64,000 nucleotides of DNA from contig CAJTSQ010000004.1 of the NCBI GenBank assembly GCA_910578735.1, positions 22,507 to 86,506 of the forward strand, given 5' to 3'. The translations under genes were made by a program, and so were the position numbers. Below are positions 9,181 through 21,554 of this stretch, in pieces. Each line of letters starts with the position of its first letter. Position 1 is the stretch's first letter. The notes under the pieces were generated by a model, which made no database searches, was not told the origin of the DNA, and worked only from the letters and a program-made list of their open reading frames with translations. The stretch comes from an uncultured Oscillospiraceae bacterium (GTDB lineage: Bacteria; Bacillota; Clostridia; Oscillospirales; Oscillospiraceae).

Positions 9181-9211
9181 AGGCCGACACTTCCTTACGG
9201 AGTGTCGGCCT
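9181..9211 (-). terminator. terminator after the LTA-synthase-like gene
   Basis: An 11-bp stem AGGCCGACACT/AGTGTCGGCCT is followed on the minus strand by TTTCAGC. Confidence 0.5.
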
Positions 9212-9227
9212 TGGGCCGGACTTTTCA

Positions 9228-11090
9228 TTATCTGGTCTCCTGTTCCCGATAATACTGCATCCGCAGATAGTCCTGATAAAATTCCCTGTCCGGCGGCTGG
9301 TCAGTGAGGGCCCCGTCCGGCGTGAGATAGCGGTTCTGGGCATGGACCAGGGGAGTGCTCTCCCGCAGCTGGCGGGACAGCTTCATAAAGCCCGGTCCTT
9401 CCCAGCCGCACAGGTCAAAGAGCTCCTCCATCAGGAAACAGGGGGAGAAGTCCCCGCCCTCTCCCTGAAAGTCCTGTCCCAGCGCCTGTCTGGCGGCGGC
9501 GTTGCCCCAGATCAGGTAGGGGGTGCCGTAGTACTGAGAAAAGCCCTCCAGGGTGGACAGGTCGAAGTTGGCGCCAATCTCTGTGTAGACAGAGTTCCCG
9601 TTGCCTGCCCAGGGCTTGTGGTCCCCAAAGAGGACCAGCACCACCGGCTCCTCCAGCTCCTCCAGTCCCTGAGTCAGCTCCACCATCGACCGGATGGTCC
9701 GGGATACGCCGTCCAGATAGTGATTCAAAATATTGCAGCTCTCCTCCGACAGATCGGCACCGGCGGGAGTGAGATACTCCATCCCTTCCAAGGGAGTGTC
9801 GGCATAGGGCCCGTGGTTCTGGTAGGACACAGAGAAGGAGAAGCAGGGGCCAGCGGGCAGCCGCTCCTCCAGCTGGGTCAGCAGCTCTTGGACCAGCACC
9901 GGGTCGGAGTCCAGAACGGCGTTCACCGGGTCCACCAGCGCGCCATAGTGGTTCTCGGTGAACCAATACTCCTCAAAGCCCAAGTACTCGTTTACATTCT
10001 GCCGGTTATAGAACCAGCCGTAGCCCGGGTGGCTGCCAAAGGTCTGATAGCCCTGATCCCGGAGGTACCAGACATAGGAGTCGGTGGGGGAGCGGAAATC
10101 CTGGTGGGTGGAGAAGCCGGTGAGGAAGGCCCACTCGGTATCCACCGTGCCCCCGGCGAAGATGTTGGTCAGCAGATCGCCGGAGACGGACTGCTCCTCC
10201 AACCAGTGCCAGGGCTGGTAGACCTGGCGCACTCCCTCCTGGGCGGACAGGGCCTCAAAGTCAGTCAGGTCGCAGAAAGCCTCCAGCATAATGCCCACCA
10301 CCGAGACCTTCTGCTCCTGTGGAATATCGCTGTCCGGGCACTCCGCCAGCCGTGCGGCGGCCTCCGCCCGGTCGTAGCCTTCCGGCGGCATGGGAAACAT
10401 ATCCCGGAAGGAGTGGAGGAAGGGGTAGGTACAGCCCTTGGACAGAAAGACCTCCACATCGGACCAGGGGTTGATAAAACGGGTGTTGGCTGTCTCCGCA
10501 TAGAGCCGGGGGTTGAGGTACAGCCCCACAAAGGCCACGGCCAGCAGGGCCAGGCAGCTCAGTCCGCCGAAGGCCCGCTCCCGCCAGCCCCGCAGGCCCC
10601 GGGGCATAAGGAAAACCGCGAAGGCCAACCCCGCCCCAAAGCAGAGCAGAGCGAACCACACCAGCCAGGTGAAGTCCAGGGTGTAGCCCCCCACAATGCC
10701 CTTGGCCTCGGCGGCCAGGCGCAGGTCGGTGGCCAGGAAGGGGTCGGACCGCAGGCGGATTTTAAAGTAGTTCACCAATGCGATCCCGATGATGGGGAGA
10801 AAGCTGCCTAAAAATCCCACCCAGGCCCGCCGGGACAGAAAGTAGAACAGCCATATCAGCAGCACCGGCGGCAGCAGGTTGAGCAAGAGGATCAGGGGAT
10901 TGGCCAGGTAGGAGCGGAGCAGATCCATGCTGTTCAGCTTCACATAGGCGGTGGCGGCAAAGAACAGGGACAGCCCGCCGACACAGCAGCCCAGCCCCGT
11001 CAGGGCCGCCGCCATCCAGATGTGGTGGGCCAGGCCATACCGCTCCTCTGTATCGGGAGGCAGACGCGTGATTCGCAGAAGTGTTTTCAT
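9228..11090 (-). CDS. LTA synthase family protein (membrane-anchored sulfatase-like phosphoglycerol transferase)
   Basis: 620 aa. It has about five N-terminal TM helices followed by a sulfatase-type extracellular domain (MLEAFCD...VLFGDHKPW). It starts 16 nt after the glyQS stop. Confidence 0.85.
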   Translation of the reverse strand: MKTLLRITRLPPDTEERYGLAHHIWMAAALTGLGCCVGGLSLFFAATAYVKLNSMDLLRSYLANPLILLLNLLPPVLLIWLFYFLSRRAWVGFLGSFLPIIGIALVNYFKIRLRSDPFLATDLRLAAEAKGIVGGYTLDFTWLVWFALLCFGAGLAFAVFLMPRGLRGWRERAFGGLSCLALLAVAFVGLYLNPRLYAETANTRFINPWSDVEVFLSKGCTYPFLHSFRDMFPMPPEGYDRAEAAARLAECPDSDIPQEQKVSVVGIMLEAFCDLTDFEALSAQEGVRQVYQPWHWLEEQSVSGDLLTNIFAGGTVDTEWAFLTGFSTHQDFRSPTDSYVWYLRDQGYQTFGSHPGYGWFYNRQNVNEYLGFEEYWFTENHYGALVDPVNAVLDSDPVLVQELLTQLEERLPAGPCFSFSVSYQNHGPYADTPLEGMEYLTPAGADLSEESCNILNHYLDGVSRTIRSMVELTQGLEELEEPVVLVLFGDHKPWAGNGNSVYTEIGANFDLSTLEGFSQYYGTPYLIWGNAAARQALGQDFQGEGGDFSPCFLMEELFDLCGWEGPGFMKLSRQLRESTPLVHAQNRYLTPDGALTDQPPDREFYQDYLRMQYYREQETR

Positions 11091-11106
11091 AAAAATCCCC
11101 CGCCGG

Positions 11107-12531
11107 TTAATAGGCCAGCTTTTCCTCCAGCCAGGCCTTCAGCTCGCTGATGGGCACCCGGACCTGATCCATGGTATCCCGGTCCCGGATGGTGACGGCG
11201 TGGTCGGCCTCCTCGGTGTCGGAGCCCACGGTCTGGAAGTCCACGGTGACGCAGTAGGGGGTGCCGATCTCGTCCTGGCGGCGGTAGCGCTTGCCGATGG
11301 AGCCGGCGTCGTCGTAGTCCACCATAAAGTATTTGGACAGCTCCATCTGGATCTCCCGGGCCTTGTCCCCCAGCTTCTTGGACAGGGGCAGAATGGCGCA
11401 CTTGAAGGGGGCCAGGGCGGGGTGGAGGCGCAGGACAGTGCGGACATCGTTCTTGGCCTCATCCACCACCTCCTCGTCGTAGGCGTTGCACAGGAAGGCC
11501 AGCAGCATCCGCTCCACGCCCAGGGAGGGCTCGATGACGTAGGGGATATAATGCTCATTCTTCTCCTGGTCGAAGTAGGTCAGGTCTTTGCCGGAGGTGT
11601 TCTGGTGGGCGGTGAGGTCAAAGCTGGTCCGGCTGGCCACCCCCCACAGTTCGCCCCAGTCGGTGAAGGGGAAGGCGAACTCAAAGTCGGTGGTGGCGTT
11701 GGAGTAGTGGGACAGTTCTTCGGGGTCATGGTCCCGGAGCCGCAGGTTCTCCTCCTTGATGCCCAAATTCAGGAGCCACTGGTGGCAAAAGTCCTTCCAG
11801 TACTTGAACCACTCCAGCTCGCTGCCCGGCTGGCAGAAGAACTCCAGCTCCATCTGCTCAAACTCCCGGGTACGGAAGATGAAGTTGCCCGGGGTGATCT
11901 CGTTGCGGAAGGATTTGCCGATCTGGCACACGCCGAAGGGCAGCTTGCGCCGGGTGGAGCGCTGGACGTTGACAAAGTTGGTAAAAATGCCCTGGGCGGT
12001 CTCGGGGCGGAGGTAGACGGTGTTTTTGGCGTCCTCGGTGACTCCCTGGAAGGTTTTGAACATCAGATTGAACTGGCGGATGTCGGTCCAGTTGAATTTG
12101 CCGCAGGAGGGGCAGACGATCTGGTGCTCGTCGATAAAGGCCTTCATCTCGGCCTGGCTCATGGCGTCCACGCTGTGGCCCAGGTCAAAGCTGTTTTCCT
12201 GGCACCAGTCCTCGATCACCTTGTCGGCCCGGAAGCGCTCCTTACACTCCTTGCAGTCCATCAGCGGGTCAGAGAAGCCTCCCACATGGCCGGAGGCCAC
12301 CCACACCTGGGGGTTCATCAAAATGGCGGCGTCCAGCCCCACATTGTAGGGGTTCTCCTGGACGAATTTCTTCCACCATGCTTTCTTGATGTTGTTCTTC
12401 AGCTCTACCCCCAGAGGGCCGTAGTCCCAGGTATTGGCCAGGCCGCCGTAGATCTCAGAGCCGGCAAAGATAAAGCCCCGGCCCTTGCACAGGGCCACAA
12501 TTTTTTCCATGGTCTTTTCGCTGTTTTTCAT
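11107..12531 (-). CDS. glyQS: glycine--tRNA ligase (dimeric class II GlyQS)
   Basis: The ATG at 12531 has an [43 protein letters not shown] is the GlyRS signature. Confidence 0.95.
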   Translation of the reverse strand: MKNSEKTMEKIVALCKGRGFIFAGSEIYGGLANTWDYGPLGVELKNNIKKAWWKKFVQENPYNVGLDAAILMNPQVWVASGHVGGFSDPLMDCKECKERFRADKVIEDWCQENSFDLGHSVDAMSQAEMKAFIDEHQIVCPSCGKFNWTDIRQFNLMFKTFQGVTEDAKNTVYLRPETAQGIFTNFVNVQRSTRRKLPFGVCQIGKSFRNEITPGNFIFRTREFEQMELEFFCQPGSELEWFKYWKDFCHQWLLNLGIKEENLRLRDHDPEELSHYSNATTDFEFAFPFTDWGELWGVASRTSFDLTAHQNTSGKDLTYFDQEKNEHYIPYVIEPSLGVERMLLAFLCNAYDEEVVDEAKNDVRTVLRLHPALAPFKCAILPLSKKLGDKAREIQMELSKYFMVDYDDAGSIGKRYRRQDEIGTPYCVTVDFQTVGSDTEEADHAVTIRDRDTMDQVRVPISELKAWLEEKLAY

Positions 12532-12552
12532 GTTGAATAAGCTCCTTTTCAT

Positions 12553-12936
12553 TTATTGTGGGTCAATAGTGTGAAAAATGCTCTTTAGTCCGCTGTTTTC
12601 GTACACAAACTCAAGTTGTAACGTTAGATAGGTGAGTTCGCCGCCGGAGGTCAGCTCGTAATCCACGGCGAAGCCGCTGCCGTCCTTGTACTCAAAGAAC
12701 ATGATCTCGTGGTGGTACTCATACTGGGGCTTGAAGCTGCAGGGGACTCCGTACTCGTCGAACACATCGAAGTCGTTCATCTCCAGGGTGCCCTGGATGC
12801 ACTCCCGGATTTCCTCGGTGTTGTCCCACTCCATCTTGTCCACGCAGGCGGGCAGGTCCTCATACCGCTTCTCGTGGAGGGCATGGCAGATGTTTTTTAC
12901 TACCTCAATGGCCTGCTCCTTGTGCTGTTCGGTCAT
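12553..12936 (-). CDS. hypothetical acidic protein (127 aa), first gene behind the Gly T-box
   Basis: ATG 12936 within ORF 12553..13068 has a GAAAGGGG SD. The upstream part of that ORF is the T-box terminator. No recognisable domain. Confidence 0.6.
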   Translation of the reverse strand: MTEQHKEQAIEVVKNICHALHEKRYEDLPACVDKMEWDNTEEIRECIQGTLEMNDFDVFDEYGVPCSFKPQYEYHHEIMFFEYKDGSGFAVDYELTSGGELTYLTLQLEFVYENSGLKSIFHTIDPQ

Positions 12937-12949
12937 AAAATCACCCCTT

Positions 12950-13180
12950 TCCAAACAAAAACGCCCTGAGCCGGTTTGGCTCAGGGCGAACAAAACTGTC
13001 CGTGGTTCCACCTGAATTTCCCCGTTGGGGACACTCAAACCCGATAACGGCGGGGACCGGCGGGGCATTTCCTCCCCGCGCTCCAGGAGGCCTTCCCGTC
13101 ACGGCTTTGGAGGATTTGCACCGGCCATCCCCTCTCTGAATCCCGCTGTGAGGTACTCTTTCCTGTCTTCGCTTTGTGAA
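12950..13180 (-). promoter_or_regulatory. T-box riboswitch leader, probable glycine (GGC) specifier
   Basis: Minus-strand elements are an AGAGAG bulge, a GGTGCAA distal-loop motif and a candidate specifier GAA-GGC-C. The T-box sequence AATTCAGGTGGAACCACGG lies at 13000-13018. The terminator GCCCTGAGCCAAACCGGCTCAGGGC plus TTTTTGTTT lies at 12955-12987. Confidence 0.8.
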
Positions 13181-13185
13181 TCCCT

Positions 13186-13214
13186 ATTGTATGCCAGTTT
13201 TTCTCCCCTGTCAA
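13186..13214 (-). promoter_or_regulatory. sigma-A promoter for the T-box leader
   Basis: TTGACA (13214-13209), 17-nt spacer, TACAAT (13191-13186) on the minus strand. Confidence 0.55.
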
Positions 13215-13447
13215 GGGGGATTTTTTCCCCAAACCCGCCCACGCGAAATCGACGTCCGGTAGTCAATACAAATCGTAATATTACAGATGTAATAGTACCG
13301 GGCATAATCATAAATTGGGAGTTGAACCCAACGCATGGCCCCGCTCGTTACCATAACAAGCGTGCCCATTGGCCCCGGCACATTGGGGCTTGACGTCCGC
13401 CTTTCGCGCAACCAATTTTTCCTGTTTCCCACCCTGCGGGCGGGAAA

Positions 13448-13903
13448 TTACAGCAGCTCTGTGGTCCAGTTCTTCTCCTGGATAACCTCCTCCAGCTGCC
13501 GCAGCTCCTTGGACAGGCCGTCCACCTGCTTTTGCAGCCGGCGGACGTCTACCGTGCTTTTGATCTTAATCTCGCTGACAGAGTGCCGGCGGACCAGGGC
13601 GCTGGCGTTGTCCAAAAAGCCCCGCAGGACGGACAGCTTGCCCTTCAGGCAGTCCCGGCGAGCCAGCAGGTCGGACAGGGAGGTCCCATCCTCCAGCTTC
13701 GTGGAATTGTTGGTGCGGTTGATGGCGGAGATCAGCCCCTCCAGGCGGGTATAGTCCTCCTCCAGTTCCCGGAGCAGCTCCTGGGGGTCCTCGGCGGGCT
13801 GTTCCCCCTCCTGAACCAGGGCGTTGTTGTTCAGCCGGCTCTCCAGCTGGCGGATTCTGGTCTGCAGCTCTGACCGCTGGGACAGGGCATTGGCCAGCTT
13901 CAT
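13448..13903 (-). CDS. DIP1984 (septicolysin-like) family protein
   Basis: 151 aa. ...VQEGEQPAEDPQELL...INRTN...LLARRD...RHSVSEIKIKSTVDV..LQKQVD...NWTTELL matches the family pattern. Confidence 0.75.
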   Translation of the reverse strand: MKLANALSQRSELQTRIRQLESRLNNNALVQEGEQPAEDPQELLRELEEDYTRLEGLISAINRTNNSTKLEDGTSLSDLLARRDCLKGKLSVLRGFLDNASALVRRHSVSEIKIKSTVDVRRLQKQVDGLSKELRQLEEVIQEKNWTTELL

Positions 13904-13966
13904 AGAATCATCCCCTTTTATGCCGGGATTTCTACCCCCCGGAAGAGGGGTAGAAATCCTGAAACC

Positions 13967-15001
13967 TTAAATAATGCTGTTATATCCATCGATCATGCTG
14001 CTCAGGGCATCGCTGGCGTTGTCATAGACCTCGCTGTAATCCAGCCCCTCGTTCAGCGCGTTGGCCAACTCGCCCATTTTGACATAGAGGTTGTTCACCT
14101 TTGTGGTGTACAGCTGCATGGAGCCCTCCGCCACCGGGCCGGTGAAGACTTTCTCCTGTTCCTCCTCTTTGGCCATGGCTGCGGTCAGCTCCTCATAAGC
14201 GGTGTTGAACTGGTCGAACAGGGGGGAGATATTGGTCTTATCCAGCTCTGGCAGCTCAAATTCCGCATCCGGGTCCGCTGTATCGGCCACAGCCATGATC
14301 TGCTCCCAGATATCGTTCAAAATATCCTCGCTGGCGTGGATCATCAACCGGGAATTATAGAGGATCATCTGTCCCTCGTTGAGCATATCCTCCATGTCGT
14401 CGTCCCTGGTCTCATCGGCCAGGTCGTCCATGGCGTCCATCATCTCTCCGTAGTAGGTGCCAAAGACCTGGAGGGCCTCCCAAAGGTCGGCGTGGATCTC
14501 CGCGGCCCGGGCCAGGTTGTCGTCCTTATAGTCGTCAAAACTCATGTAGGAGGCCAGGTCGTCCAGAGCATCCATCATTTTCTCCGGGCTGTCCCCCAGG
14601 GCCCGCACGGCGGCATCCACTTCGGGATAGGCGGGCTCCTCATCCACATAGCCTAATGCCTCCTGGACCCGATAGGCGTGGCCTGTGTAGAACTGTACCG
14701 CATCCTTGATGGCCGCGTAATCGCCGCCCTCCAGAACAGCAAATTCTTTCGTATAATCCACATTCTCGAAGTATACCAGCAGGATATCCTCAATGTCACT
14801 CAGCTCGCCGTACAGGTCCATGTAGGCGTTGTATTTGCTATAGTCCTTGGGTCCCTCGCTCTTGTCTGTGGAGGAGCTGGCGCTGCTCTGATCTTCGCTC
14901 TTACTGCCGCCGCTCTTGTCGCCGCCGCCACACCCGGACAGCAGTAGGGCAGCACTCAACCCTAAGACAATAAGCCTCTTCCAAAATTTGCTCTGATTCA
15001 T
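13967..15001 (-). CDS. lipoprotein, helical, acidic (DUF3829/YiiG-like?)
   Basis: ATG 15001 begins MNQSKFWKRLIVLGLSAALLLSGCGG, which contains a lipobox. It is followed by a Ser/Asp-rich linker. Confidence 0.7.
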   Translation of the reverse strand: MNQSKFWKRLIVLGLSAALLLSGCGGGDKSGGSKSEDQSSASSSTDKSEGPKDYSKYNAYMDLYGELSDIEDILLVYFENVDYTKEFAVLEGGDYAAIKDAVQFYTGHAYRVQEALGYVDEEPAYPEVDAAVRALGDSPEKMMDALDDLASYMSFDDYKDDNLARAAEIHADLWEALQVFGTYYGEMMDAMDDLADETRDDDMEDMLNEGQMILYNSRLMIHASEDILNDIWEQIMAVADTADPDAEFELPELDKTNISPLFDQFNTAYEELTAAMAKEEEQEKVFTGPVAEGSMQLYTTKVNNLYVKMGELANALNEGLDYSEVYDNASDALSSMIDGYNSII

Positions 15002-15051
15002 GATACTCAATCCTCTCTGATATTTATTTGACCACATTTTTCATGTGGTGC

Positions 15052-17574
15052 TTACGGATTTTCTGCCGGGCTATCCTCCACGGGCACAGCCTCTTCGCCC
15101 GCGTTCTCCTCCCGGTCGGCCAGGGCCAGGGAGATCACCTTGTCCCCCTCCTCCTTGAAGCGCATGACAATCACGCCCTGGGTAGAGCGGCCGCACTGCT
15201 TGATGGCGTCTACAGGGGTGCGGATGAGAATGCCCGCCTGGGTAACCAGCAGCAGGTCTTCGGAGCCGTCCACCACCTTGATTCCCACAATGGGGCCGGT
15301 CTTGTCTGTGACCATATAGTTCTTGATGCCCAGGCCCCCCCGGTTGGTAATGCGGTACTCCTCCACCGGGGTGCGCTTGCCAAAGCCCTTTTCGGTGATG
15401 GACAGCACCGTCTTGCCCTCCAGAGCCCGGGCGGCGCCCACCACATAGTCTCCCTCCCGCAGTCGGATGCCACGGACGCCCATGGCGTCCCGGCCCATAG
15501 ACCGCACATCGTTCTCGTCGAAGCACACCGCCATGCCGTCATGGGTGGCAATGAGAATTTTCTTGCTTCCGTCGGTCTCCCGGACGGATACCAGCTCGTC
15601 TCCCTCGTCCAGGCGCAGGGCGCGGATACCGTTGTTCCGCAGATTTTTCAGAGTCTGGACGGGCAGGCGCTTCACTGTGCCCTGGCGGGTGACCATAAAC
15701 AGATACAGCTCCTCGTTCTCCTTCTCCCGGAAGTGGAGCATGGTTTGAATCCGCTCCCCCTGCTCCACCTGAAGGATGTTGACAATGTTGGTCCCCTTGG
15801 CGGTTTTGCCGCTCTCGGGAATTTGATAGCCCTTCTTACGGTAGACCTTGCCTGTGTCGGTGAAGAAGAGGATATAGTCATGGGTGGAGGCGGTGAACAC
15901 ATCCACCACATAGTCCTCCTCCCGGGTGGTGATCCCCTTTTTGCCCATGCCGCCCTTGGACTGGGCCGCGTACTCGCTCACCGGGGTGCGCTTGATATAG
16001 CCCGCCTGGGTGAGAGTAAAGACGCACTGCTCCTCCTCGATCAGGTCCTCGATGTCGATTTCGTCCTCCACGTCCTGAATCTCGGTGATCCGGTCGTCGC
16101 CGTACTTGTCCCGGATGGCAGTCAGCTCGTCCTTGAGCACTCCCCGCAGCATCTCCTCAGAGGAGAGCAGCTCGTTATAATAGGCGATTTTTTCTTCAAT
16201 TTCTTTAAATTCCGCCTCCAGCTTCTCCCGGTTCAGACCCTGGAGGGAGATGAGCCGCATGTCACAGATGGCCTGGGCCTGGACGTCGTCCAGCTCAAAA
16301 CGCTCCATCAGCCGCTGCTTGCCGTTGTCGTAGCTGGTGCGCAGGATGTGGATAACCTCGTCAATATTATCCTGGGCAATGAGCAGGCCCTCCAACAGAT
16401 GGGCTCGCTCCTGGGCCTTTTTCAGGTCGTATTTGGTTCGGCGGATGATGACCTGCTCCTGAAAGGCGATATACTCATCCAGAATATTCCGCAGCGACAT
16501 CACCCGGGGCTGGAGCTTGCCGTTGACCTCCACCAGGGCCAGCATGATGACGGAGAAGTTGGACTGCATGGCGGTCTGCTTAAAGAGCTTGTTCAGCACC
16601 ACCTGGGCATTGGCGTCCTTTTTCAGCTCAATGACAATGCGCATGCCGTTGCGGTCGGTCTCGTCCCGGATGTCGGAGATGCCCTCCAGCCGCTTGTCCT
16701 TCACCTGGTCCGCCATATTGCGGATAAGCTGACGTTTGTTTACCTGATAGGGCAGCTCGTTGACAATGATCCGGATGCGGTCCTTGCCGAACTCCTCAAA
16801 TTCCGTTCGGGCCCGCAGGACCATCTTGCCCCGGCCGGTGGCGTAGGCGGACCGGATGCCGCTGCGGCCCATGATGATCCCCCGGGTGGGGAAATCGGGG
16901 CCCTTGATGTGCTCCATCAGGTCGCCCAGGTCGGCCTCCGGGTTGTCCAGCACGCAGATGGTGGCGTTGATGACCTCCCGCAGGTTGTGGGGGGGAATGT
17001 TGGTAGCCATGCCCACGGCGATACCGCTGGAGCCGTTGACCAGCAGATTGGGGAAGCGGGAGGGGAGTACCTTGGGCTCCTTCCGGGTCTCATCAAAGTT
17101 GGGGTCCCAGTCCACGGTGTCCTTGTCAATGTCACGGAGCATCTCGTTAGACAGCTTGGACATGCGGGCCTCGGTGTAACGGTAGGCCGCCGGGGGATCG
17201 CCGTCCACGCTGCCGAAGTTGCCGTGGCCGTCCACCAGCATGTACCGCATGGAGAAGTTCTGGGCCAGGCGGACCATAGCGTCGTAGACACTGGAGTCGC
17301 CGTGGGGGTGGTATTTACCCAAAACGTCACCCACGCAGGTGGCGGACTTTTTAAAGGGCTTGTCGGATGTCAACCCGCTTTCATACATGGTATACAAAAT
17401 GCGGCGGTGAACCGGCTTCAGCCCGTCCCGCACGTCAGGCAGGGCCCGGCCCACGATCACGCTCATGGCGTAGTCCCGGTAGCTGTCCTGCATCTCCTTG
17501 ACCAGCTCCGACTCGGTGATCACCTGATCCGGAAAAGCGATATCCTCCGGTTTATAATCTCGGTTGTGTGCCAT
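15052..17574 (-). CDS. gyrA: DNA gyrase subunit A
   Basis: 840 aa. [26 protein letters not shown] and the YHPHGD motif are present. Confidence 0.98.
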   Translation of the reverse strand: MAHNRDYKPEDIAFPDQVITESELVKEMQDSYRDYAMSVIVGRALPDVRDGLKPVHRRILYTMYESGLTSDKPFKKSATCVGDVLGKYHPHGDSSVYDAMVRLAQNFSMRYMLVDGHGNFGSVDGDPPAAYRYTEARMSKLSNEMLRDIDKDTVDWDPNFDETRKEPKVLPSRFPNLLVNGSSGIAVGMATNIPPHNLREVINATICVLDNPEADLGDLMEHIKGPDFPTRGIIMGRSGIRSAYATGRGKMVLRARTEFEEFGKDRIRIIVNELPYQVNKRQLIRNMADQVKDKRLEGISDIRDETDRNGMRIVIELKKDANAQVVLNKLFKQTAMQSNFSVIMLALVEVNGKLQPRVMSLRNILDEYIAFQEQVIIRRTKYDLKKAQERAHLLEGLLIAQDNIDEVIHILRTSYDNGKQRLMERFELDDVQAQAICDMRLISLQGLNREKLEAEFKEIEEKIAYYNELLSSEEMLRGVLKDELTAIRDKYGDDRITEIQDVEDEIDIEDLIEEEQCVFTLTQAGYIKRTPVSEYAAQSKGGMGKKGITTREEDYVVDVFTASTHDYILFFTDTGKVYRKKGYQIPESGKTAKGTNIVNILQVEQGERIQTMLHFREKENEELYLFMVTRQGTVKRLPVQTLKNLRNNGIRALRLDEGDELVSVRETDGSKKILIATHDGMAVCFDENDVRSMGRDAMGVRGIRLREGDYVVGAARALEGKTVLSITEKGFGKRTPVEEYRITNRGGLGIKNYMVTDKTGPIVGIKVVDGSEDLLLVTQAGILIRTPVDAIKQCGRSTQGVIVMRFKEEGDKVISLALADREENAGEEAVPVEDSPAENP

Positions 17575-17598
17575 AATTACCTCATTTCTTTGGGACCC

Positions 17599-18054
17599 TT
17601 AGAAGCTTTCTTTCAGCCAGTCCATGCCGGGGTAGGGCTCACAGGTGTGAGCGTACCACTCCACACATTTGGCCGCCATCTCCCGGTCCTTCATGGTACA
17701 TTTCAGGGGAAAAACGGACTGCCCGTCGCTGGGCTCAATGGGGGCCTCCTCATCGGAATCCAAAAGGTCCGGGTTGAAGCAGGCCCAGGCAATCTCTGCC
17801 TCCGCGTCCCAAACCTGCAAAAAGATCAGGTCAGGGGAGGACTCCAGCATGAGGTAACCCTCTTCGCCGTACTCGTCCGGCGTCAGCATCAGGCTGCGGC
17901 TTGCTCCGGTACGGATTTTTTCCACCATATCCCGGATACTGGCCGGAGAAATGTCATGAATCTCCTGACTGGGAAGCGCCCCCCAGCTGGCGCCCTGGAT
18001 TTTGATTTCCTCCGGCATAGCCGGAACCGGATCCTTTTTGACGACTTCTTCCAT
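17599..18054 (-). CDS. hypothetical acidic protein (151 aa) between gyrB and gyrA
   Basis: It is a complete ORF, 24 nt upstream of gyrA and 12 nt downstream of the 295-aa ORF. Composition is host-like. No recognised domain. Confidence 0.65.
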   Translation of the reverse strand: MEEVVKKDPVPAMPEEIKIQGASWGALPSQEIHDISPASIRDMVEKIRTGASRSLMLTPDEYGEEGYLMLESSPDLIFLQVWDAEAEIAWACFNPDLLDSDEEAPIEPSDGQSVFPLKCTMKDREMAAKCVEWYAHTCEPYPGMDWLKESF

Positions 18055-18066
18055 AAAATCTTCCTT

Positions 18067-18954
18067 TCATCCGGGCCGCCGGGGCGGCCACTCGCGGGTC
18101 AAAGCGTCGTTAATTGGCTGCTCCAGGTAGAGGAGTGCCAAGGCCAGCGCCCCCCTGTGGACATTGTGCCACCTGGCATAGCCTTTGGAAAAGGTTTTAT
18201 AGTCCGGCATGGCCAACCGGCCAAACTCCTCCTCACTGAGGACATGGGCCGCAAGCTGGTACAGCCCGTGGGCGGGGAGGAAGGGCTCCTTTTCCCAGTA
18301 AACATCCACCCGAGTGACCGCCTGACACACGGTTTGGAGCTGTTTTCCAGCTTCTTTCACGTCCCGACGGTACAGGGCCAGCAGGTAAGCGACCACCGCC
18401 CGGTCCCACTGAGACTTTTTGCTGGCCGCAAATTTTTCCCCTGCGGGAACAGCAAACTCCAGCAGAGCCTGGTCCTGATACCATAGTCCCGCCAGCAGAG
18501 GGGTTCCCACCCGATAGAGAGGATATACCTTTTTCGGGACCTTCTTCTCCATTCCAGCAGGGAAAATCCACTCCATCAGCCCATCATCTCCCACCGCAAT
18601 GGCGGTCAGAGCCTGGAAAAAGTACCAGAACTCCTCACCTGGGTTGAGTCGCAGCCCCAACGCCCGCAGCCGGACACTTTGAAATCCTACGCGGTTCAAG
18701 CCCTGCCAATCCTCTGCGTCCAAGCTGCGCTTTATCATCTGTTCCGCTGGAAAACAGGTTACTGCCGTTTCCAGTACCGTCCAGACACACAGCGGATTCT
18801 CTGGGTTCCAGCCGGGCTGCTCACACAGACAGCGTGCTGTCACTTCCTCCAGGTAAGCGCCGCAGGGGTCAGTCTCCATCCTCTGGTGCAGTTGCTGAAT
18901 GAACGCTTCGGAATACAGCTCCTTCCTCTTGGCGGCGCTGTCAATTTTGTCCAT
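18067..18954 (-). CDS. hypothetical helical protein (295 aa) between gyrB and gyrA
   Basis: It is a complete ORF starting 12 nt after the gyrB stop. Composition is host-like. No recognised domain. Confidence 0.65.
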   Translation of the reverse strand: MDKIDSAAKRKELYSEAFIQQLHQRMETDPCGAYLEEVTARCLCEQPGWNPENPLCVWTVLETAVTCFPAEQMIKRSLDAEDWQGLNRVGFQSVRLRALGLRLNPGEEFWYFFQALTAIAVGDDGLMEWIFPAGMEKKVPKKVYPLYRVGTPLLAGLWYQDQALLEFAVPAGEKFAASKKSQWDRAVVAYLLALYRRDVKEAGKQLQTVCQAVTRVDVYWEKEPFLPAHGLYQLAAHVLSEEEFGRLAMPDYKTFSKGYARWHNVHRGALALALLYLEQPINDALTREWPPRRPG

Positions 18955-18966
18955 ATGTCTTTCCCC

Positions 18967-21054
<2,088 letters not shown>

Positions 21055-21465
21055 TCAATCCAATTCTTCGCCGTCCAGATCGGCGGTATCATGGTAGTCG
21101 TCCTCGCCGTCCTCGGCGCCCACCAGCTCGGTGGTGCGCATCCGGCGCTTGTCCTTGGCCGTCTCCACGTTCCGGTGGATCAGTTCCTTGACCTCACGGG
21201 GATTTTTTACGTTTTTCAGGTCCAGGTGTGGAATGCTCTTGTCCGAGGAGACAACGCACACCGTCCCCACGCCGAAGATACGCTGACCCAGCGACATGTT
21301 CAGCTGAAGGTCCCGCACCCGGTAGAGCAGCACCTCATCGGATTTCAGATTCAGCAGCCCAGTTTCGCAGAACAGCCGGTCCTCGCTGAGCCGGTAGCGG
21401 GTGAAGGACAGAGGCAGCCCAAAATAACGTTTGCGGTCCTTCCACAGATATTCGATGGGTTCCAT
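21055..21465 (-). CDS. bacterial PH-domain (bPH_2/YdbT-like) protein
   Basis: 136 aa. Y.W.DRKRYFGLP..FTRY.L..DRL....GLLN...DEV.LYRV.D matches the bPH_2 pattern. It has an acidic tail. Confidence 0.7.
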   Translation of the reverse strand: MEPIEYLWKDRKRYFGLPLSFTRYRLSEDRLFCETGLLNLKSDEVLLYRVRDLQLNMSLGQRIFGVGTVCVVSSDKSIPHLDLKNVKNPREVKELIHRNVETAKDKRRMRTTELVGAEDGEDDYHDTADLDGEELD

Positions 21466-21489
21466 AGTGTAACCTCCATTGTTTCAAAT

Positions 21490-21554
21490 GTAGGGACGCA
21501 TCATGATGCGTCCGTTTTCACGTTGCTTGCGGACGCTTCGTGAAGCGTCCCTAC
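21490..21554 (-). repeat. GTAG/CTAC-capped palindromic doublet, copy B (inverted relative to A)
   Basis: It reads GTAGGGACGCATCATGATGCGTCC-16 nt-GGACGCTTCGTGAAGCGTCCCTAC. The terminal CTAC contains the TAG stop (21551-21553) of the remB-like gene. Confidence 0.85.

Noticed and set aside
15028-18486. 1152-aa plus-strand ORF, the longest in the track
   Set aside because: It lies antisense to gyrA and the two downstream hypothetical genes. Such stop-free antisense frames are expected in high-GC coding DNA. Its composition (G/A/V/L/H/D/Q repeats) is non-protein-like.
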